A DNA stretch of 64,000 nt from Candidatus Thorarchaeota archaeon (GTDB lineage: Archaea > Asgardarchaeota > Thorarchaeia > Thorarchaeales > Thorarchaeaceae): assembly GCA_029855935.1 (NCBI GenBank), contig JAGSHN010000018.1:64001-128000 (forward strand), written 5' to 3'. The notes under the pieces are model-generated. The model had not been told where the DNA came from. It made no database searches and saw only the letters and a list, made by a program, of their open reading frames with translations. How positions within the stretch are numbered: position 1 is the first letter of the stretch; each line of letters starts with the position of its first letter. The position numbers and the translations under genes were made by a program. Shown here piece by piece: positions 46,563-56,871 of this stretch.

Positions 46563-47510
46563 CTAGCGCAGGGAGAGCAACACGCGGGCCAGTGCTCTGC
46601 CCAGCTTTCTAAAGTCAGAGTCGGAGATGTGAGGCACAGACCTCGTATGTGATGGAATGTCAAAACGGGCGACCACGATTGTCACATTGCCATCCATTGA
46701 GTACTCGAAGAGTGCTGGATACCTCGCTCGAATCCTCGCATGCACCTTGTGCTCCTCGACTACGGGGCCCTTGTAGTAGCTCGCGACGAGATACGGATAG
46801 ACGATTGATGATACCGACACCTGCACCTTGATCTGCAGTTCATCTGGCATGCCCTTCACACCAATCGCGGGCTCGGCATCGGCGATTGCAAGCGCACCAT
46901 CCCGCTCTGCAAGCTTGACCTTGTACTTCACATCCAAATCAGGAACGTCTGCCAGTGCCTCCACGTACCCGAGAACGTAGCCTGTTGGGGGCTCCGTGAT
47001 GTAGGGGTGAGGATCCACCTTCGCCCACTTGTAGCCGATGGAGTAGCCAAGTATCGCCACCACTAGGTTGAGAATGATAGTCACAGCTGTGATGACCTGA
47101 GGACCGTACGTAGTCAACAGCTCCTCTCCAAGCATGAATATGAGGAACATCACGAGAAGCTGACTGACAAGGGCAAGGCATAGGGCGGTGACGCAGGCAC
47201 AGCTGACATCGGATGAGATGAGATGACCGTAGGCGTCCATATGCTTCTTGACCATCTCCCGGTATTCCTGGGGTGTGACTCTCACAGTCCGGACGTGCCA
47301 CTCTCCAGGGAGGTAGTCAATGGCCCGTTTCGATGCCCAGCCAAGGATGAGTGCCAGTAGGAGAAGCAGTAATGTCGCTATGTCCAAGACGTAGAAGGGT
47401 AGGAACGTAGAGAACCCGAGAGTGATGCTTAGGAACACGAGAACTGCGGCGGAAACAAGAGTGACCCTGCGCGATCTCGAGTAGTCCACAATGCCTGCAT
47501 CCTTGCTCAT
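46563..47510 (-). CDS. 4-TM membrane protein, paralog of 55918-56871 and 56868-57923
   Basis: Shared Y-x(3,4)-W...E(Y/A)...Y-x-(H/R)-L loop between TM pairs; start ATG 47510. Confidence 0.78.
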   Translation of the reverse strand: MSKDAGIVDYSRSRRVTLVSAAVLVFLSITLGFSTFLPFYVLDIATLLLLLLALILGWASKRAIDYLPGEWHVRTVRVTPQEYREMVKKHMDAYGHLISSDVSCACVTALCLALVSQLLVMFLIFMLGEELLTTYGPQVITAVTIILNLVVAILGYSIGYKWAKVDPHPYITEPPTGYVLGYVEALADVPDLDVKYKVKLAERDGALAIADAEPAIGVKGMPDELQIKVQVSVSSIVYPYLVASYYKGPVVEEHKVHARIRARYPALFEYSMDGNVTIVVARFDIPSHTRSVPHISDSDFRKLGRALARVLLSLR

Positions 47511-47615
47511 CCTCTCACTCGCCCAAGATACTGTGAGCGTCTCAGCCAGATGTTTACATATCAAGTTTGCGAGATACAGCGCTAGGTGCATAGACGCTCC
47601 GGGCCAGACAACAGC
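47499..47615. repeat. Direct repeat C, copy 1 (5' end + promoter of the 46563 gene); partner 55735-55862
   Basis: ATCCTTGCTYATCCTCTCACTCGCCCAAGATRCTGTGAGCGTCTCAGCCAGATGTTTACATATCAAGTTTGCGAGATACAGCGC in both copies. Confidence 0.93.
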
Positions 47616-47773
47616 GTTTGGTTATTCAAGCAGTCGTATCGCCGACACTCGGTTCTCTTGTAGTTGGGGTTCTATGCTGGGTCATTCAGAGTGGGAGTCG
47701 GCGTGAGCGCAGGCTAGTGGTTGCGCTTGTGGTACACCAAGTCTTGGCCATTGTTCCCACCGACATCCCAACG

Positions 47774-47917
47774 CTATAGACGCGTAGTATGTAATACTGT
47801 ACTGATAGGGTATACTCTCGATACCGTGATGATTGCAGCCGATGCCACAGGAACAGCCGCAATCCAGGGTTCTACCGTAGAAACATAGTCAGCATTCCCT
47901 TGCTCCACTGTCGTCAT
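47774..47917 (-). pseudogene. Remnant of the C-terminal tip of the toxin-like family
   Basis: VSTVEPWIAAVPVASAAIITVS vs VSIAQPWIRAAFAASAAILTVS in copy 2. Confidence 0.65.
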
Positions 47918-47969
47918 CTCGATGGACCCAACCTATCAAGTACAGCGCCAATGTTCTCTTCGTGATCTC

Positions 47970-48698
47970 TCATAGTCTTCTCAATCGCTGGTCCACCAAC
48001 TCGAGAACGAATGCTCTCTCTTTGACCAAGCGATAGAATCGGATCTTCTTTCTCGCCTCTCTCTCAGTCCAATAGCGTAGTGCCAACCATCCCGCAGCAC
48101 TGACTAGCATATAGCCCGCGGCGGGCAATACCACAAACATGTTCAGCAAGGGACCCCACGCATATGAGGGAGGAAACAGGTAGGAGAGCGCTGTGTAGAG
48201 TGGTTGTGTGGTCATCCCCAACATTGGCGCAAGAATAGATGCGGCCTGCCTGGGACTGAGAACACATCTTCCTCTCACCGATAGCTCGGAGAGAAAGGAA
48301 CGATAGGAATTCGTGAGCACCAGGCCCAGTATCCCGCCAAGAACCACTAGGAGAAAGAGAACAGGTTTTACCAGATCTCTCCCTATGAGAGCGACCAACG
48401 TCTCATCCATCTCGTTCGGAACTATTAGCACGTAGCGGGACAGCAGGAAGGGAAGTGAGATGATAAACACAACCAGAGCCCCAAACAGAAAGAACCAATC
48501 TATTGAGAGCCAGACGCTCAGATCCACCCAGTCCTTCCTTCTCCTGATAAGACCTGATAAGGTGATTAACGGAGCCATTCCAAATCTCACCCTATTGAGT
48601 ATCTCAGTCTCATCGTACGTAGCGGCCGTCGCCTCCCACAGGTATGACAAGACCCACTGCGCCATCGCCGCATACATAGAGGCAGAACATCTCTCCAA
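47970..48698 (-). CDS. Hypothetical membrane protein (possible orphan immunity gene)
   Basis: About 4-5 TM helices, located within the second island. Confidence 0.55.
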   Translation of the reverse strand: MERCSASMYAAMAQWVLSYLWEATAATYDETEILNRVRFGMAPLITLSGLIRRRKDWVDLSVWLSIDWFFLFGALVVFIISLPFLLSRYVLIVPNEMDETLVALIGRDLVKPVLFLLVVLGGILGLVLTNSYRSFLSELSVRGRCVLSPRQAASILAPMLGMTTQPLYTALSYLFPPSYAWGPLLNMFVVLPAAGYMLVSAAGWLALRYWTEREARKKIRFYRLVKERAFVLELVDQRLRRL

Positions 48699-49001
48699 TC
48701 TTCACATACGTTTCAGAGGATGAAATATCTTTGTAGAAGACCCAACCACCACACTTCTGCTCTTTTGGGTGGTGATTGGAATGCGTTCTTTAGAGAATGG
48801 GAGAAGACGGTCAACAACTGGGAACTACTCGGGGATGAGGTCGCACCTGTCACCCGGGTGGTCAGCAGCACAAGGCCACCAAATGTGGACCTACCAGCTT
48901 GACACTGTGGTACTTCGATATGGATAAATTCGACAACGAGGAACTATGAGATGAAGAATCACTCTTCATTCTCTCTTGTCTGGCGGGAAGGTGATGGCGA
49001 C

Positions 49002-50375
49002 TTGAAGAGGTGGTCTCTTGCCCTGCTTGTCTGTGTACTGGTGCTGACCGTGCAGATGCAGCTATCCTACGGGCCAGATAGTGTTGCCTCGCCAGACACC
49101 ATCAACGTGACCAACGGGGGAGATGTCGCATCCAACGAGATTCATCGCACCACGCGTCGCCAGGCAATCATCGATTTTGTCATGGCTCTCTACGATGATA
49201 ATCTGGATGTCTACGATGGTGACTATGCCGTGTTCTATGGGTTTCTCACGCAGGCTCCGTGGGACCCAAGAATTCATCACAACCCCAGCCCCGACAATGT
49301 GTTTGACGGATATTTCGTTCTGAAGAGGTTGAATGCGACTGACCTCATTGACTGGAGCAAGTGCAAGAATTTCCTCAAGAGCCTGATCAATCTAGACCCC
49401 GAGAGCGACTACTATCATCTTCCCAATTCATCAATCGATACTGCGCCTGATGTCTGGACTTGCGACACAGTGACCGAATACTACCCTGAACTGGGACTGG
49501 AGAGCTGCATATATCCAGACGAGATTACCCAGTTCGTGAGTGGTCTGCAGAAGACAGATGGTGGATTTGGGACAGCTCCCTTTTCTGATGAGATTGTGGA
49601 GAGTGCCACGATGACTGGCACAGCCTTTGCCCTCAGAACGCTCAGACGTCTGGGACGTCTCGATATGATTGACAAGGAGGCGGCTCTTGACTTTGTTCTC
49701 TCCTGCTACAAGGACGATGGCGGATTCTCCGACATGCCGACAGGTGAGTCGCTCGTGGGTGCTGTCCCACTCGCGATAATGGCGCTGGAGGCACTGGGAC
49801 GGACTGACCTGATCAGGACTGAGGAGACAACGAACTTCACGCTTCAGTTCCTCGACAACAACACAGGGGACGTACCGGACCATACGATAGTCACCCTGTA
49901 TCGAATACTCTGGTCGCTGGACCATATGGGGACACTGGACAGGGTGAATCTCGATGCTGTGTTGACGTGGGTACTTGACTGTCAGTCCGCACAGAACGGA
50001 GGATTCGACCCCGCTCCGGACCATATGGATGAGTGGAAGGAGAATCTCTATCTCACAAGGGTGGCGACAGATATTCTTGAACTCCTCGGGCGAATGGACC
50101 TTCTCGACGAGAATATGACAGTCTTCCATTATCCCAAGCACACGATTCCGGATTGGTACATAGAGTTGACGAACAGGGAGTTTGGGAACTCAACCAGTAC
50201 CACCACTGCGCTGGGAGGAGGATCGTGGGGTCTTCCATCAATTGACATCCTGAGTGTCATTGCACCATTCGTGCCGGGACCTCTACTTCTGACTCTGATC
50301 GCCTCACTTGGAGTCTACATCTACTACTCAGAGAGACAGAGGAGGAAACTGAGTCGGCTTAGAGAGAAGAGGTAG
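49002..50375 (+). CDS. Secreted, membrane-anchored prenyltransferase-beta/squalene-oxidase repeat protein
   Basis: TTG after an AGGTGA SD; signal peptide; repeats LQKTDGGF, SCYKDDGGF, DCQSAQNGGF; Ser/Thr linker, TM helix and basic tail. Confidence 0.82.
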   Translation: MKRWSLALLVCVLVLTVQMQLSYGPDSVASPDTINVTNGGDVASNEIHRTTRRQAIIDFVMALYDDNLDVYDGDYAVFYGFLTQAPWDPRIHHNPSPDNVFDGYFVLKRLNATDLIDWSKCKNFLKSLINLDPESDYYHLPNSSIDTAPDVWTCDTVTEYYPELGLESCIYPDEITQFVSGLQKTDGGFGTAPFSDEIVESATMTGTAFALRTLRRLGRLDMIDKEAALDFVLSCYKDDGGFSDMPTGESLVGAVPLAIMALEALGRTDLIRTEETTNFTLQFLDNNTGDVPDHTIVTLYRILWSLDHMGTLDRVNLDAVLTWVLDCQSAQNGGFDPAPDHMDEWKENLYLTRVATDILELLGRMDLLDENMTVFHYPKHTIPDWYIELTNREFGNSTSTTTALGGGSWGLPSIDILSVIAPFVPGPLLLTLIASLGVYIYYSERQRRKLSRLREKR

Positions 50376-50691
50376 GTAGGACAGAGACCGCAGCTGACCC
50401 AATAGACCACTCACCACCTTGAAGGGCACCGCGAGTTGAGTGAGGATTGGACCTCACGGCCATTCTCTCCCGTTCGCTCCAGATTGCCCGACGGCCACCT
50501 TCTTTGTACACGCGCCGACACAGGCGTGCCATCTACCACGACCATTTGATAGAGGTTCACCGTCCTCAAACATAGTATCTTGCCAGCAAGGCTGAGTCAA
50601 TAGCACTATGTCGGATTCACCATAGAACAAGAGCGCAGCAAAGACGGAAGAATCCACATGTTTTTCCACTAGATGGGACTGTGTGGGAAAA

Positions 50692-50910
50692 ATGATAGCG
50701 AAGTGTGATGACTGAGGGAGAACATACTTACCAAAGAGAGAGGCCTGGCAAAGAATTCAATCTCGTTGATACTACAACGGGAATCTATCTTGTACCCATT
50801 CCAGCCGACCCGGTAAAGGATCTGGAAGAAGAGTCGGCAAAGGACCTCCCGAGAAGTCAATAGAGAACTTCAAAAGAAACACTCAAGAGCAGGCAATGGG
50901 GGTACTTGAG
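50692..50910 (+). pseudogene. vapB: AbrB/MazE-type antitoxin (vapB) pseudogene
   Basis: MIAKCDD*GRTYLPK / GKEFNLVDTTTGIYLVPIPADPVKDLEE / GKGPPEKSIENFK across one stop and two frameshifts. Confidence 0.7.
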
Positions 50911-51263
50911 TACTCTATGTGGGTACTGACTTCTTTCTTGCACTGCTCGAGGCAACAGACTAGCCAAAGAAGAAAGCACGGTCAATTCTGAGGAGACACA
51001 AGGGCAATGGTACGACTTCAGAAGCAACTCCTATTGAGATGATGCTTTTGGCAAGAAAATACAGTCTGGACTGTGTCAGAATTGCTACGGACATTATGAG
51101 AATCTGCGGAATAGAGGATTCAACATACTGAACGGCGCTGTGCATCTCTGAGAGTGTCGGGGTCTTTGATGCCTTTTATGCAGGTCATCGCAAGGGCAAG
51201 ACAATCAGCTCAGACTCTGTCTATGGTGGACTCGGACTGAAAATAGTCAGGCTTGAACGTTGA
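50910..51263 (+). pseudogene. vapC: PIN-domain toxin (vapC) pseudogene
   Basis: LYVGTDFFLALLEATD*PKKKA...TTSEATPIEMM...Y*...VFDAFYAG...ISSDSVY...LER*; stops at 50961 and 51129. Confidence 0.78.
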
Positions 51264-51698
51264 CAGTTGTAGTATTTTCGCATCAAGAAGTTAGTGAAAA
51301 AATCAGCCCATACAAGACCTGTAGTGAACAGACTACCAGAAACTACTCCCAACAGGAAACATACCAGTGTTAGAATCCTCCTTCTCTTCAAGTATGGAAG
51401 AAACCTGCCAATTCCGCAGACATTGGATGTCCAAGATGGACCAACGCGAATATTGGCGATTCTGAACCCTGATTGTGTGTCCCCGTCTAGTCTCATAGCA
51501 ACATATCGACCAATCCTACTAGACTTCCACGCCAACACAGTGTCTCTGCCTGGGTCATCTCAGTTCTACTACTAGACATTCTCCAGCTAGGAAGCTGTCT
51601 GTCTGCAAGAACCCTCTCACCTGAGCCTTGATACAGACAACTCTACTAAGGGCTCGATGGATGGTCAGAGGATACTCCGGAGATTCAGGATCCACTAC

Positions 51699-51995
51699 CT
51701 AGACATCGGGTACGTTCCCGATGATGGTCCCCACTGCTATGTTCACCGCACCATCACAATGCATCAGGACAACATCGGTCACACTTCTCGGACGAAATAG
51801 CAACAGGCAGTCTAGGTCCCTCACCTCCGTAGCAGGCCTCGCACCATTGAGAACAGTGCTGAAGACCAGAGAGAGTGGGGAATCAATACCAGAAGACTTG
51901 GGTGCCAGCGTTGCGCACAGCACGGAGTACCGAGCTGCCGCATAAGATCTACAAGAACGTGTTGTGATGAATCTCTGCGGACCGAGGTTTCAACT
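51699..51995 (-). pseudogene. Decayed copy of 33952-34242 (3' end of the immunity-like gene + N-terminus of the toxin-like gene)
   Basis: GAATCAATACCAGAAGACTTGGGTGCCAGCGTTGCG is shared; TDVVLMHCDGAVNIAVGTIIGNVPDV*. Confidence 0.8.
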
Positions 51996-52085
51996 CATAA
52001 GTCTACAAAGGCACCCCCATGGTCGGTGCCTATCAGAGAAACTGAACTGTGGCACCAATCATTGTGATGATTGCGCTCCATTCAT

Positions 52086-52834
52086 CTATGAGTTCACATA
52101 GGCCGCCAGAAAGAGTACGACCTCCTTGGGAACTGTCTTGTCAAGATGTCGTATCAGCAGCCGTCGTCTAGGCCCGAACGTACGAGTCCCAAGACCTTGC
52201 CACAGGATCTCCCTGAGGGAACGCCCACCAATTCTTAGAACAACCCGCTCTTTCGGTCCACCAGTTCAAGTGTATGAATACCAACTCTGCTATCAGGGGC
52301 AAACCATCTTGCGCCCTCTTCGTCGTATACTACGTACGTAGCGGGCTCGCCGATTGGGCTTGCCACAGGAGACCTTGACCAGATGAATCCATAGGTATAC
52401 GTATCAACATAGTAGGTCTCACCAGCGCCTGTCGGAATCTCAACAACGTTCTTCGCTGGTGAGCCATCGTCCCCTTTGACAAACCTGATTGTTGTCCGAA
52501 GACGGACTCCATCAGCATCCAATACGGAGAACTCTTGATTGAAATCGAGCATTTGATGCGCCGTTTCAGCATCCCAGACCGAGGAGTTCCTAAGGATTAG
52601 AAGGCAGGATTCGCTCTTGTGTTTCTCTCGTTCAATCGTCCACGCTTTCGCACTGATACGAGCATCAGACAGACGACTCCAGTGAATGTACTCTGTTCGT
52701 TGGAGAACAATTCGGGTATTATCGAGGTCTAGTGTTTCCAGCCTCTCCGTTGGGGCATATCGCCTGAGCATCCTCTCACGCCATCTCTCAGTACTCCTTC
52801 TGACAGCCTCCCTAGGCCTCTCACTCAGAGGCAA
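52086..52834 (-). pseudogene. Frameshifted paralog of 53374-54165 (candidate orphan immunity gene)
   Basis: ERWRERMLRRYAP, VWDAET, YYVDTY are shared with the paralog. After a shift near 52250 it continues VVLRIG...VPKEVVLFLAAYVNS*, matching IPKELALFMAA. Confidence 0.78.
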
Positions 52835-53373
52835 GGTACGCCACTCCTCATAGTCTCGTGCTCAGTTCTTCCATCTACATTGCTCAGAACCAATAGGTGT
52901 TGCGCCACCTGCGACTATATGCAAGAGTCCATCGAGGACACTCTATGTAACTATTGTTTCTATTGTGACGGGTGACTGGTCATTGGAATGAGTGGTTGTC
53001 TCTGCTATGTGAACGCCAAAGGACGCCTCCTATTGCTGTCAATGTGAGAAGAAGAACACCCCGTATATCTCAGGTGACAGCCAGTTCAGCAGGGCAGTCT
53101 CCTCCTTGATGATACATCTGAAGACATGGAGAAGAGCATACACAAGTGTCAACATAAGGAGGACAGTCAGACTCCCTCGTCTGTATTGATGTTCATCGAG
53201 TGCAAGACCCTCCCAGTGTGCACAGAATGACCAGGGACCATACCCAGAGTCTTCTGTCAGTAGATATCATCTATGACCCCCAGTAGTCCCTCCAACTACC
53301 GTAGCCACTCTGGGAGACATCCTTGCTCCTTTCACTTGTGTCTCTTGCGTGTGTCACACATTGCAGAAGGGCC

Positions 53374-54165
53374 TCACATAATCGTAGAAGCCGCCATGAA
53401 TAGGGCAAGCTCCTTGGGAATCTCTGGAGCAATCGACTCGAATCTTACTTGTAGTCTTCCCGGCCCGCGGAGTCCAATGATTGCGGCCGCAAACCTCTGC
53501 CACATCCTGATACGCCCCAGATTCAGAACACATTGTCCTCGGGCATCAACCATCTGCAAACTTTGGACACCCCATTCAACAGCGTACCACCTGGGTCCGC
53601 TCTGATCTCGAACCACAACTGTGGGCCTCATCCGTAGCGACTCAACAAATGGAGCGTATTCAATTGCTCTCCGTGGTTTCCCGCCCTCTATACTGCAGAT
53701 TCCCCGGTATGAATCGACAAAATAGATGTGGCCATCTGAATCCTCTATCTGCGTGGCATATTTGCCAAAGCTACAGGTCAACATTGGCAAGAATATCGAT
53801 GTCTTGAGGCACACCCCGTTCCTGTCTATGATGGCAAACTCGTTTCTCCAGATGATCATATTCTCAAGGGTTTCTGCATCCCAGACCACAGGATGTTTCA
53901 CTATCAGACAGTAGGTCTCTTCAGGGTGGGCCGGTCTGGACACCTGATACCCACTCATTCTTCCAAGTCCCTTGAGTCCTATCCTGATGGCAGGCATCTC
54001 ATATTCTCGAAGAGTAACTGTGCAGCCACTCAGATTCAGACTCTCAAGTTCCCCAATCGGGCGGTACTTCTCTAGGAGGTCCTGTCTCCATCTGTCAACT
54101 CGCTCTGCGACCCTTTGCTTCATCTCTGTCTGCACAGCCACTGGTCCATCCCTACTGTCCGTCAA
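53374..54165 (-). CDS. Soluble hypothetical protein, candidate immunity protein for copy 3
   Basis: Starts 3 nt after the copy 3 stop; beta-rich with a terminal hydrophobic helix; has a paralog immediately downstream. Confidence 0.7.
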   Translation of the reverse strand: MTDSRDGPVAVQTEMKQRVAERVDRWRQDLLEKYRPIGELESLNLSGCTVTLREYEMPAIRIGLKGLGRMSGYQVSRPAHPEETYCLIVKHPVVWDAETLENMIIWRNEFAIIDRNGVCLKTSIFLPMLTCSFGKYATQIEDSDGHIYFVDSYRGICSIEGGKPRRAIEYAPFVESLRMRPTVVVRDQSGPRWYAVEWGVQSLQMVDARGQCVLNLGRIRMWQRFAAAIIGLRGPGRLQVRFESIAPEIPKELALFMAASTIM

Positions 54166-54168
54166 ATA

Positions 54169-55299
54169 TCATACAACAAGTTCAAAGGTGCAGCAAGGAG
54201 CATATGCATAGGAGAAGGTATCAATCACATATTCCAAGACCCCAATTACGATGGATACCCATTCACTGACACCGATTTTTGATAGAGCCATGTCGGCAGT
54301 CATGGTCAACTTTCCCAGTCTTAGGGCAAGTGCACGTGATAGTGGTCCACTGACATACGTGCTTATCAAGGGGATCAAGACAGCATTAACCAATGGCATA
54401 ATATTGCCCAAGCCAATTAGACTCAAGATGTGAGGCAACAAGAGGCCTATGGCATACGTGATAAGTGAACTAAGAAATGTGAGCACATACATATCAAGTG
54501 ATGAAATGACCGCAGTTACCAATGTTCCTATGAGTGAAACCGCAAGGCCCCCTAGTATGGCTGTGCAGAACACTTGCAAGGCTGGTTTGATGAGAACTGG
54601 CCAGATCCAATTGAGTAGTCCATTTCCGAAACCAATGTCAATACAATCCAAGAGAATGCCTATCGCATCCCAAGTAGTCCCAAACACACCAATCCCGAGC
54701 GCTAGGCAAGCGTGTAGCATAAACGAGAGTGTGTTTCCCCTAATAGTCGCACTCGGCCATGGATAGTAGGATATCTGAATCGTGAATGGAGCAAGAAGAT
54801 GTAGTCTTGTTTCGCCTTTCAGAAGCCTAGATATCTGGGTAAACACCATACCGCTCAACGTTGCCTCCGTCGGTCTGAGCAAGAAGGTGGCTATGAGCGC
54901 ACCAAGTGTAGCATCTACTAGTCCGTCAAAACCCACGGCAATAGTCGGGGATACATACTTGTTTATGTTTCCAGATTCACAGGCCAGCACTATGTCCTTT
55001 CCCGGGGTCATCGCGGTTCTACTACTGAATGCTTTCCATGAGAGCATACGTGACTGTGTGAGAATCCCCTCCTCTGAGCCGTGGGACACCCACACGACTC
55101 TTCCAAACGCTCGATGGATTGTCAATGCATAATCCAGCGAGCCGTACTCCACCACCCAGACATCAGGTACGTTCTCAGTGATAGTCCGGACCGCTGTGTT
55201 CACCGCACTGTCGCGATGCATCACCACAACAACATCAGCCATCACTGGTGTTGAGAGAGGCATGACCCACAGCGGGGACATCATCATCACAATCATCAC
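54169..55299 (-). CDS. Caspase/CHAT-like + hydrophobic C-terminal protein, copy 3 (intact)
   Basis: N-terminus nearly identical to copy 2; VSHG (H73), IVLACES (C107); a different ~207-aa hydrophobic C-terminal domain. Confidence 0.78.
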   Translation of the reverse strand: MMIVMMMSPLWVMPLSTPVMADVVVVMHRDSAVNTAVRTITENVPDVWVVEYGSLDYALTIHRAFGRVVWVSHGSEEGILTQSRMLSWKAFSSRTAMTPGKDIVLACESGNINKYVSPTIAVGFDGLVDATLGALIATFLLRPTEATLSGMVFTQISRLLKGETRLHLLAPFTIQISYYPWPSATIRGNTLSFMLHACLALGIGVFGTTWDAIGILLDCIDIGFGNGLLNWIWPVLIKPALQVFCTAILGGLAVSLIGTLVTAVISSLDMYVLTFLSSLITYAIGLLLPHILSLIGLGNIMPLVNAVLIPLISTYVSGPLSRALALRLGKLTMTADMALSKIGVSEWVSIVIGVLEYVIDTFSYAYAPCCTFELVV

Positions 55300-55862
55300 A
55301 AGAACAATTCTCAGCGAGATGCGGTCATGACGACCGACCGACCTAGATTAGCCCGTGGGCTCGCTGCACCACCCATCAATCTCTCTCCCTCATATGCGAT
55401 TCCTTGTCGAATCCGACACCTGAGCAGATGAATTTATGTCTTGCGGGCGGTCTTCAAGACTGGGACTTCTCCACGGCGACACTGTGACACGGGATGGAAT
55501 GATTGCGAGCCTCTGCATCGATGGCCATCCGAGGTGGCCTCGCCGAGAAACCACCGATACGGAGTGTATTCATAGCTACCTAGACCCAACTCTCTTGGGG
55601 ATGAACACTTGTTGCGGAAAATGAGCATAGACAGAAGACTCTATCACAGAGGAGAGTCGCCGCTCTGTGATTTCCGTGCGAACAGTTGATGGCGGCGTGG
55701 TGACAGAGACACACGAGGAGTACTGAGATGCCAAATCCTTGCTTATCCTCTCACTCGCCCAAGATGCTGTGAGCGTCTCAGCCAGATGTTTACATATCAA
55801 GTTTGCGAGATACAGCGCAGTAACCACCATAGGTACATAGACGCTCCGGGCCGAACAACAGC
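55061..55862. repeat. Composite second copy of repeats A + B + C
   Basis: 55061-55530 matches 35554-36020; 55593-55739 matches 36180-36323; 55735-55862 matches 47499-47615. B and C are joined at ATCCT. Confidence 0.9.
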
Positions 55863-55917
55863 ACCTGCTTCGCCGACCAAAATCACCAATGCAATCTATC
55901 ATCTAGACAGATGACTC

Positions 55918-56871
55918 TCAATCAGAGACCCTGATTCCAAGGTCGTCAAGAAGATCCTCCAGAGCGGTCGTGTCATCCAGCCAGGATACGTACGTTGAAA
56001 CAGCCCGGACGAGGGCCTCATTGAGTGCGCGAGCTGGGTCACTCTCGTCAGTCATCTCGACCGGCTCGTCCACTCCCTGAAGCACGACACGAGCGCCAAC
56101 CGGACGATTGACGCGCATCACAATCTCGACCCATCCTGCTCCCTCCAGACACTCGATTCGGCCCACAGGAGTGACATCACGCATCACAAAGTAGCCCTCG
56201 GAGTGACCGATTCGGACACGTACACCCCACCACGAAACTGCCGGATTCTCTGAGAGAAGACGCAACGCTGCCCGTAGCTGCCTGGGGCCAACCGTAGCGA
56301 ACTCACTCCCGGCCGCGGTCGGGATGGCCCTATAGGCGAATCTCGACAGTGCAAGACCATAGATGAGCAGTGACAGTCCGAAGATGAGAGGCGCGGCCTG
56401 CAGAGAATAGATTGAGAGGCTGGCTATGACGACTGGACCCGCGAGGCCGACAACGAGAGAGATGATTGACAGGGATAGTGCAGGCCAGTCAAGAGATGTT
56501 GCCAGATGCAGATATGAGGAGGTGTACTCTCTGACCATGGACTCGTACTCGCTAGGCGACATCTCGCGTTCTCTGAACTCCCACGACGGTTCCCGATAGG
56601 TCAGACGCTGTCGCATAGCCCACGACAACAGGACAGCAAGAGCCGTCAGGACAAAGAAGAACAGTCCTGCGTGGTACAACCATGGGAGAACTGTCACATT
56701 GATCTCAAGAAGCTGATAGCGAGCGGTGTCGACTCCAACAATCGTCAGAACCATCAGAGAAACAAACAGGACAATGCGGAGAGGAGACAGTCCTTCCAGC
56801 TTTACTGGTGAGGTTGGCCTCTCGTCATCATCCAACATCATCATCTCGCAAACGTATGTAGGTCTCGTCAC
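55918..56871 (-). CDS. 4-TM membrane protein (paralog family)
   Basis: LTYREPSWEFREREMSPSEYESMVREYTSSYLHL. Confidence 0.78.
   Translation of the reverse strand: MTRPTYVCEMMMLDDDERPTSPVKLEGLSPLRIVLFVSLMVLTIVGVDTARYQLLEINVTVLPWLYHAGLFFFVLTALAVLLSWAMRQRLTYREPSWEFREREMSPSEYESMVREYTSSYLHLATSLDWPALSLSIISLVVGLAGPVVIASLSIYSLQAAPLIFGLSLLIYGLALSRFAYRAIPTAAGSEFATVGPRQLRAALRLLSENPAVSWWGVRVRIGHSEGYFVMRDVTPVGRIECLEGAGWVEIVMRVNRPVGARVVLQGVDEPVEMTDESDPARALNEALVRAVSTYVSWLDDTTALEDLLDDLGIRVSD

Noticed and set aside
50454-50669. Possible ferredoxin remnant (WHACVGACTKK)
   Set aside because: Only two Cys of a cluster motif remain; too weak to call.
47615-55862. Island as a provirus or integrative element with att sites
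   Set aside because: No integrase, transposase, capsid or tRNA. The flanking repeat is ~115 bp and part of a larger composite duplication.
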